From: Deferribacterales bacterium
Lineage (GTDB): Bacteria; Chrysiogenota; Deferribacteres; Deferribacterales; Geovibrionaceae
Assembly (NCBI GenBank): GCA_050251945.1
Contig: JBFWLW010000005.1
Location: forward strand, 64,001 to 128,000
Length of the DNA stretch: 64,000 nt
Direction of reading: 5' to 3'
The notes beneath the pieces are model-generated. The model saw only the letters and a list, made by a program, of their open reading frames with translations. It was not told where the DNA came from and made no database searches. Shown in pieces: positions 57,638 through 64,000 of the stretch (position 1 is its first letter; each line of letters starts with the position of its first letter). The position numbers and the translations under genes are program-made.

Positions 57638-57858
57638 AATTTCTCCCCTTGATTTGATAATGGCTTTAGAATACATATAATATCGGGAGGCAGGATTGGA
57701 AAGGATAAACTGCCGTAAATGCATACATTTTTATGTTACTTGGGATAAACAGTTTCCCTACGGATGCAGGGCGCTCGGGTTTAAAACCCAGACGATGCCG
57801 TCTGTTCGGGTGTTTCAGACATCGGGAATGGACTGTTTGCAGTTCAAAGAGAAGAAAT

Positions 57859-58524
57859 TCAATAAAGAATGACGGGTTCCTTGACCAGCATACTGTCGTC
57901 TTTGACTTTTATGGCGCCTTCCAGAGAGAGTATCTTGAGACATTTTGTCACGGACTCCCTTGATGCGCCTATCATGTTTGAAAGCTCCTGATGGGTGTAC
58001 TTTCTCATGGTGTAATATCCGTTTACCGGGTTTTGTTCGTCTTTAACGCTGTCCAGCAGAAACTTCATTATGCGTTCTTTTACATTCAGAAACGCCAGCG
58101 ATTCAATGAGTTCGTCAGCTTTTCTTAAGCGTTCGGTAAGTGTTTCCAGAAGGTAGAGCGTGACGTTAAAGTCCTTTTGCAGAAGTTCGTTAAGAGCTTT
58201 TCTGGGTATGAGAACGATTTCGGAAAGTTCGTCGGCAATGAGTGTTCCGGTGCGCCCCAGCCCGTCGATCATGCTCATTTCGCCCACAACACCGCATGGG
58301 AATATCACCGAGAGGATTATTTCGTCTCCGTTGCCGTCAACAAGCACGACGCGGAAGCTGCCGGATATAACCACATAAAGATCGGTGCCGACATCTCCTT
58401 TATGGAAAACAACTTCGTCTTTTGCGAACTTTTTTATTTTACAGAAGCTTGCCAGCCTCTCAAGGTCATTTTTTTCAGTGGTTTCAAAAATTGCCGCTTT
58501 AGCGATCTGTTCAGCAAGATTCAC
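57859..58524 (-). CDS. Crp/Fnr family transcriptional regulator
   Basis: GEMSMIDGLGRTGT cNMP-binding motif; THQELSNMIGASRESVTKCL HTH. Confidence 0.93.
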   Translation of the reverse strand: MNLAEQIAKAAIFETTEKNDLERLASFCKIKKFAKDEVVFHKGDVGTDLYVVISGSFRVVLVDGNGDEIILSVIFPCGVVGEMSMIDGLGRTGTLIADELSEIVLIPRKALNELLQKDFNVTLYLLETLTERLRKADELIESLAFLNVKERIMKFLLDSVKDEQNPVNGYYTMRKYTHQELSNMIGASRESVTKCLKILSLEGAIKVKDDSMLVKEPVILY

Positions 58525-58581
58525 GCCTTCCTCCGGTCAAAGATGATTGCAAACCATATTTTGTTATAAATCAAAATTGAG

Positions 58582-59640
58582 CTACCGTACACCATCTTTT
58601 TTTATTATATCGAACAATTCGCGTACAAGTTCAGTTTCGGCCGCTTTTTTTATGGCTTCGCCTTTTTTAAAAATAATACCCTGTCCGCGTCCTCCGGCTA
58701 TCCCGTAGTCTGCATGTTTCGCTTCGCCGGGACCGTTCACGGGGCATCCCATAACGGCGATGCTTATTGTGTCATTAAGGGCGGCGGCGGTTTCTTCCAC
58801 CTCTTTCGCCAGCGCCTCAAGCTGAATTTCCGTGCGTCCGCAGGTGGGGCATGAGATTATTTCCGGTCCGCGTCTGCGGATTTCCAGAGCGTTTAAAAGC
58901 TGCCATGCCACGCGCACTTCCTGTTCGGGGTCGCCTGTGAGCGAAACTCTCATTGTATCGCCTATGCCGTTTAAAAGCAGTGCGCCTATTCCTGCGGCTG
59001 ATTTCACTGTTCCCGCAAAGAAGGTTCCCGCTTCCGTAACGCCTATATGCAGAGGATAATCCGACTGTTCCGAGAAAAGTTTATACGCCTGAAACGTCAG
59101 CGGAACACTGCTTGCTTTCAGGCTGACCTTCATATCGTTAAAGCCCATTTCCTCTATCATGCGTATGTTTCTGAATGCAGATTTAACGAGTGCTTCGGCT
59201 GTTATGCCGTGCTCTTTCAGAATATCCTTTTCAAGTGAACCGGCGTTAACACCCACCCGTATTGCGGAGCCGTTAGCTTTTGCCGCATCCACCACTGCGC
59301 GCACTTTTTCTGCGGAACCGATGTTCCCGGGGTTTATGCGTATGGCGTCCGCTCCATGTTCCATGGAAGCTATGGCTAGTTTATGGTCAAAATGTATGTC
59401 CGCGATTATCGGTATGCTCACTGCGTTGCGTATGGCGCGGAAAGCCTTTGCCGCCGTTTCGTCCACAACAGCACAGCGCACTATTTCGCATCCGGCGGTT
59501 TCAAGCCTTTTTATCTGAGCTATTGTGGCTTCCGTGTCCCTTGTGTCGGTGTTTGTCATGGACTGCACCGATATCGGTGCGCCGCCGCCCACAGCCACAG
59601 AGCCTATATGTATCTGTCTGGTGTTTCTTCTTGTGATCAT
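58582..59640 (-). CDS. ispG: HMBPP synthase (flavodoxin-dependent)
   Basis: SVQSMTNT, IADIHFD, RINPGN, GVTEAG, GDTMRVSL, SCPTCGR, MGCPVNGPGE. Confidence 0.98.
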   Translation of the reverse strand: MITRRNTRQIHIGSVAVGGGAPISVQSMTNTDTRDTEATIAQIKRLETAGCEIVRCAVVDETAAKAFRAIRNAVSIPIIADIHFDHKLAIASMEHGADAIRINPGNIGSAEKVRAVVDAAKANGSAIRVGVNAGSLEKDILKEHGITAEALVKSAFRNIRMIEEMGFNDMKVSLKASSVPLTFQAYKLFSEQSDYPLHIGVTEAGTFFAGTVKSAAGIGALLLNGIGDTMRVSLTGDPEQEVRVAWQLLNALEIRRRGPEIISCPTCGRTEIQLEALAKEVEETAAALNDTISIAVMGCPVNGPGEAKHADYGIAGGRGQGIIFKKGEAIKKAAETELVRELFDIIKKDGVR

Positions 59641-61064
59641 TTCAGTTTTTCCAGTTCGGAAGTTATTATTGCCATTATTTTTTCAAGCTCCGCTTTGTTC
59701 ACCGCCTCATAGCGTGTCACAAGCAGAGGTTCTGTGTTGCTCGCCCGCACCAGCGCCCAGCCATTTTCAAACTGCACCCTGATTCCGTCGATATCCGTTA
59801 TGCTTTTAACTCCGTATGTGCCTTCTTTCAGGTATCCGCCGAAGACTTTGTCAAGTTTCTCTATCAGCACGAACTTCTTATCATCGGGGTAGGCTTCGCG
59901 TATCTCCGGTGTGTTGACATATTCCGGTATCTCTGCCGTCATATCCGCCGAATTGCGGAATCTGCCGCTTTTAAGCCCGTTCACATATGCCCGCAAAAGA
60001 CGCAGAGAGGCGTATATTCCGTCGTCGAACCCGAAATAGCCGTCTGAGAAGAAGAAGTGTGAACTCATCTCTCCGCCTATGACCGCGCCAACCTCTTTCA
60101 TCTTCATTTTTATCATGGAATGACCCGATTTGTACATAACAGGTTCCATCCCTTTCGCCGCCACGAACTCGTAAAGACCCTGTCCGGCTTTAACGTCCGC
60201 AACTATTTTGCGTCCTTTGTTTTCATCCGCAATGTCGTCTGCAAAGATGCAGAGCAGCTCGTCGCCCCAGATCATTTCGCCGTTACAGTTGAGCGCGCCA
60301 AGCCTGTCGGAATCGCCGTCGTAGCTTACGCAGAGGTCAGCTTTTTCTTTCAGCAAGAGTGCTTTTGCCTCTGCCAGATTCTTTTCCACAGTGGGGTCGG
60401 GGTGGTGTCCGGGAAAACTGCCGTCCTCCGTGCAGTAAAGCGGAAGCACCTTAACGCCCAGAAATTCAAAGAGATGAGGTGCGATTGTCGAAGCGGTGCC
60501 GCTTCCGCAGTCTATAACAATCTTTATCTCCCTGCCCAGTTTTTCGATGTCCCTTTTCAATACTGCAAAAGATTCCTGAATATATCCGATGTATGCTGTT
60601 TTTATGTCAAAATGAGTTACGTTTCCCTGCCGGTCAGGAACCGGAAATTTCTCTGCCGCTATGTCGTCATAGATGCGCATTATCTTTTCCGAGTGGTATA
60701 CGGTGTTTTTCGTGCCGATCTTAAGTCCGTTGAACTGCGGCGGGTTGTGACTGCCCGTCACCATGACGTAGCCGTCGGCGGGCGTGCAGTACATGGAGAA
60801 ATAGGTCAGGGGCGAAGGGCATACTCCCAAAAGCTGGACATCTGCTCCGCCTTCTCTCAGCCCGAGACAAACGGCGTTTGCCAGAGACTCTGATGAAAAT
60901 CTGACGTCCATGCCCACTGAAAAGAGCGGGTGATTTTTACCCGTCTCCTGACGCGTATGTTCCGCAAACACCCGTGCGGCGCTTCTGGCAACTGCGTCCG
61001 TTAATTTCTCTCCGTAAATTCCCCGTATATCATAGCTTCTGAAAATTTCTTTAATTTGTAACAT
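59637..61064 (-). CDS. Phosphomannomutase/phosphoglucomutase
   Basis: FRSYDIRG, TGSHNP, DGDSDR, GEMSSH, RASNTEP. Confidence 0.95.
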   Translation of the reverse strand: MLQIKEIFRSYDIRGIYGEKLTDAVARSAARVFAEHTRQETGKNHPLFSVGMDVRFSSESLANAVCLGLREGGADVQLLGVCPSPLTYFSMYCTPADGYVMVTGSHNPPQFNGLKIGTKNTVYHSEKIMRIYDDIAAEKFPVPDRQGNVTHFDIKTAYIGYIQESFAVLKRDIEKLGREIKIVIDCGSGTASTIAPHLFEFLGVKVLPLYCTEDGSFPGHHPDPTVEKNLAEAKALLLKEKADLCVSYDGDSDRLGALNCNGEMIWGDELLCIFADDIADENKGRKIVADVKAGQGLYEFVAAKGMEPVMYKSGHSMIKMKMKEVGAVIGGEMSSHFFFSDGYFGFDDGIYASLRLLRAYVNGLKSGRFRNSADMTAEIPEYVNTPEIREAYPDDKKFVLIEKLDKVFGGYLKEGTYGVKSITDIDGIRVQFENGWALVRASNTEPLLVTRYEAVNKAELEKIMAIITSELEKLK

Positions 61065-61102
61065 TATTGACCTGCGGAAAATCTTTGTGGTATAATCTAC
61101 AC

Positions 61103-61915
61103 ATGAAAAAAATAGCATGTTTTATTAATGATAGCAACCTCTTGGAGAGAGTTAAGCAATTTTGCGCATTGGAAAGGTTTCAGGACGAGATGATCTGCGA
61201 CCCTTCCCAGTTCGTCTATGACGTTGCAACAGTGCTTTATATCACAGATAATTCCGAAGCTCTCGCACCGGAGGGTATCAAAGATATAAAAGTATGCTAT
61301 GTCGGAGAGGAAAGACCGAAAGACGCGAAAATGCTCTTTATTCCTTTGGATTTCAAATTCATCCATATGCGTCTGCTGGTGGATGCCGTTATCCACAACG
61401 GCTGTTTTGAACCCAGCATAGCCTCCGTTCTGCCTGAGTTTCTGCATCAGTCGTTCAGGATAAAAAACGACATATTTAACGTAGAGCGCATCGTTTATGC
61501 ACTTACAAAAGACTTTGTGTATTTCCTTAATTTTCAGTCGCTTGAAAAAGTGCGGGTGGGGCTTGCGGAGATGCTTACGAACGCCATCGAGCATGGCAAT
61601 CTCGGCATCACTGGCGAAGAGAAGATGCACGCCACGGAGAGCGGCACCTATTACGACCTCGTCAGCACCAGAATGAGCGATATCTATTACATGTCCAGAC
61701 ATGCTACTTTCACATATTACGTTGATGCACAGGGGCTTAAAATGAGCCTTGAGGACGAAGGCGAAGGATTCAACGTTAACAGCCTTCCGGATCCCACGGA
61801 TCCCGAAAGTCTGCTTAAACTCCACGGGCGCGGGATTCTTATCACCAGAATGTACTTTGATGAAGTGAAATATAACGACAAAGGGAACCTCGTTTCCCTT
61901 TCCAAGAGGTTTTGA
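61103..61915 (+). CDS. RsbW/SpoIIAB-like HATPase (anti-sigma / serine kinase) with uncharacterised N-terminal domain
   Basis: AEMLTNAIEHGN, EDEGEGF, LPDP, HGRGILIT, YNDKGN. Confidence 0.85.
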   Translation: MKKIACFINDSNLLERVKQFCALERFQDEMICDPSQFVYDVATVLYITDNSEALAPEGIKDIKVCYVGEERPKDAKMLFIPLDFKFIHMRLLVDAVIHNGCFEPSIASVLPEFLHQSFRIKNDIFNVERIVYALTKDFVYFLNFQSLEKVRVGLAEMLTNAIEHGNLGITGEEKMHATESGTYYDLVSTRMSDIYYMSRHATFTYYVDAQGLKMSLEDEGEGFNVNSLPDPTDPESLLKLHGRGILITRMYFDEVKYNDKGNLVSLSKRF

Positions 61916-62724
61916 TGCTATATCTCCTCGGCACCAGAGGCACGCTGCCTGTTTCAGGGCAGAAATTCGTGAAATACGGCGGAAACACCACCTGTCTCAT
62001 GGCTCCGGTGGATGAAAAGACCTGTCTGATATTTGACGGCGGCACCGGCATCATGAGCCTTAACAAATACGATAATTTCGAGGAATTCCACATATTTCTG
62101 TCACATCTGCATTGGGATCATATCGTAGGCGTTCCAATTTTTCAGGCATTCTATAACTCCAAAAAAAAGATAAACATCTATCTCGAAAATAAAGAGACAC
62201 TGCACTCCACGGATATTCTGGACGTGCTGTTCAATCCGCCTTTTTTCCCTGTTCCGAAGTCAAAGCTGAGGGCTGAGATAAAGCTTAACCTCATTGAAGG
62301 GGGCGACCAGTTCCGCTTCGGCAATATTCAGATACATTCCGCAGACGGCAACCACCCGGACGGAGTGCTGATGTATAAGATAGTATTTCCTAATAAGAGC
62401 ATACTTTATACATCCGACTATGAACACGGAACCACTGTTGATGATTTTCTCATAGAGTTTGCTTACGGCTGTGATTACATGATATACGACACCACCTACT
62501 TTCCCGAAGAATACGCAGGCGGGAACGGGCTTACCGGCAAGGTGGGCTGGGGACATTCGACATATCTTCAAGGGATAGAGTTCGCCAAAAAGGCGAATGT
62601 GAAAAACCTTGTAATGGCTCACCACAATCCTGATTACGACGATATTATGCTGGACGAGATGCAGATAATGGCTCGGAGGCTGTTTCCCAGCTCAATAGCC
62701 GCCTATGACGGCATGATCCTTTGA
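61915..62724 (+). CDS. MBL-fold metallo-hydrolase (RNase Z / phosphodiesterase-like)
   Basis: GTRGTLP...YGGNTTC, SHLHWDH, NHP, SDYEH, WGHST, HHNP; ATG overlaps the upstream TGA. Confidence 0.9.
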   Translation: MLYLLGTRGTLPVSGQKFVKYGGNTTCLMAPVDEKTCLIFDGGTGIMSLNKYDNFEEFHIFLSHLHWDHIVGVPIFQAFYNSKKKINIYLENKETLHSTDILDVLFNPPFFPVPKSKLRAEIKLNLIEGGDQFRFGNIQIHSADGNHPDGVLMYKIVFPNKSILYTSDYEHGTTVDDFLIEFAYGCDYMIYDTTYFPEEYAGGNGLTGKVGWGHSTYLQGIEFAKKANVKNLVMAHHNPDYDDIMLDEMQIMARRLFPSSIAAYDGMIL

Positions 62725-62849
62725 AATTGCTGTTGATATGCTTCGCATAACTGCGTCAGTTTACTTTCACTCGCAACACATACTCGTATGTATGCTTTTG
62801 CTCGTTTTAAGTAAGCCTTCCTTGCTCTGCTCGCATCTGAACAGCAATT
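62725..62849. repeat. Type-B-related long hairpin (variant B')
   Basis: Ends AATTGCTGTT/AACAGCAATT; CTTCGCA...CACATAC-TCGTAT-GTATGC...CCTTG...TGCTCG; the left end recurs at 31971-31987. Confidence 0.75.
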
Positions 62850-62987
62850 ATTGTTTTTCGTAACACTTCGCATTTCTTCTTTGTCCTCAAAAACATTCGC
62901 TTCATTTTTGCGAATGTTTCTGCACCGAGCTAGCTGAAAACAATCTGCCTCACATACTCTTATGTATGCTCGGTTCTAAAAGGCAAT
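62850..62987. repeat. Type-B repeat, copy 4 (rearranged), followed by a partial type-A unit at 63005-63034
   Basis: TAACACTTCGCATTTCTTC...CCTCACATAC...GTATGCTCGGTTCTAAAAGG. Confidence 0.8.
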
Positions 62988-63050
62988 TGATAAACAGTGG
63001 TTTTTGTTTCTGCGAGGAACGGAGTGACATGGCATTTTTTTTCTTTGACG

Positions 63051-63545
63051 TCATCTCTTTTTCCACGGCTTAAACACTGAAACGTATATTGTAAATATTA
63101 TTATTCCGTTTTGGACGGAGCCGAATATCAGATTCATTTTCTGGTTATAGAGATATGCAGTGTCTGTAAGTGCGGCAATGCCCAGTTTGCCTGAGATAAG
63201 CATCATATTTTTTTCCCATACTCCAAGATAAAAGGTTCCGAAAAGGATTGCAGATACGGTTACAACCCATTTAAACGTTAGCCAGTAATGTTTAAAGAAC
63301 CCCCAGTTGGTAAGCATGGAGTATAACAGACCTGTTATAAGGCATCCGATAGCTCCGAATAACACGACTATATATGTATCAATGAAATGAATACTGCTGT
63401 TAATACCGTAAAGCTCGCCGCCGTCAGTCACCCCCTGTTTCATGAAATACATAAGGCACATTGTGAATCCGCCGACAGCCCAGCATGCCGCAGTAAAAAT
63501 ATGTATTGTTTTCAATATCTTCTGTCCGTTTGTGCTTAGTTTCAT
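63051..63545 (-). CDS. Four-TM membrane protein, DUF2269-like
   Basis: KTIHI..AACW, LITGLL...TNWGFFKHYWLTFKW, SVFKPW. Confidence 0.8.
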   Translation of the reverse strand: MKLSTNGQKILKTIHIFTAACWAVGGFTMCLMYFMKQGVTDGGELYGINSSIHFIDTYIVVLFGAIGCLITGLLYSMLTNWGFFKHYWLTFKWVVTVSAILFGTFYLGVWEKNMMLISGKLGIAALTDTAYLYNQKMNLIFGSVQNGIIIFTIYVSVFKPWKKR

Positions 63546-63565
63546 GGATTAAACCTCCAGTTTGT

Positions 63566-63604
63566 ATTGACAATATGCTGTCATAATGACATTGTATTGT
63601 CAAT
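63566..63604. promoter_or_regulatory. Tandem palindromic operators, putative MarR sites
   Basis: TGACA-N6-TGTCA at 63568-63583 and 63587-63602 between divergent genes. Confidence 0.75.
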
Positions 63605-63624
63605 AATAAAGTTGAGGTGAAGTT

Positions 63625-64000
63625 ATGCAGCATTCGGAAGCCGGGTTGAAATATACAGATCTTATACTGGCGGTGTTCAGGCTGAACGGACAGCTTATTC
63701 TTGAAGGTGACAGACTTGCGAAAGAGGATGGGCTGACCAGCGCAAAATGGCACGTTATGGGTGCATTGATATATTTCGGCGAACAGAATATTACAGTTTC
63801 GCGAATTGCATCCAGAATGGGACTGAGAAGGCAGGGTGTTCAGAGGATTGTCAACGAGTTATACGAAAAAGGTCTGGTTATTTTTGAGGATAATCCTTAT
63901 CACAAAAAAGCCAAACAGATAACCCCCACCGAAGAGGGAGTAAGAAGATTTAACTCCGTCATGGAGAAGCAGATTCCATGGGCAAACGGACATGGTGGAA
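63625..64000 (+). CDS. MarR family regulator, 3'-truncated by the window (absent from the ORF track)
   Basis: MQHSEAG...VFRLNGQL...GLTSAKWHVMGAL...TVSRIASRMGLRRQGVQRIVNEL...GLV...NPYHKKAK; GAGGTG RBS. Confidence 0.9.
   Translation, partial: MQHSEAGLKYTDLILAVFRLNGQLILEGDRLAKEDGLTSAKWHVMGALIYFGEQNITVSRIASRMGLRRQGVQRIVNELYEKGLVIFEDNPYHKKAKQITPTEEGVRRFNSVMEKQIPWANGHGG

Overview
Mostly core chromosome of an anaerobic, flagellated Gram-negative bacterium. Gene content (split atp operon, multiheme cytochromes, hyp genes, superoxide reductase, Smc, long-form HflX, CheX) suggests a Deferribacterota-like organism; this is inference, not a search result. The window holds about 44 CDSs and two tRNA-Ser genes. 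Named genes: hemL, atpZIBE, hypCD, hflX, rsmE, cstA, smc, mazG, xerC, can, pckA, alaS, cheX, sor, metH, prlC and ispG, plus a large NAD-glutamate dehydrogenase and a phosphohexomutase. No CRISPR array, prophage or transposase was seen. The most striking feature is a modular system of intergenic repeats. (A) CGTC/GCGAG-type short hairpins occur as heterodimers and show compensatory base changes. (B) Long 110-140 bp hairpins sit downstream of + strand genes and are followed by type-A units. (C) Three MITE-like elements with TCAGACTGATGACAAA-type ends carry type-A pairs, and two of them are flanked by a duplicated terminator hairpin. (D) A ~50 bp cassette is nested in the loop of three type-A hairpins. 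Other candidates: an 11-heme NapC/NirT-type cytochrome with a tethered triheme domain, a catalytically degenerate Fic-HTH protein with a perfect 23-bp palindrome just upstream, an HflX with no canonical start codon, an Smc with a shortened hinge, and an effector-less STAND-like NTPase-TPR protein.
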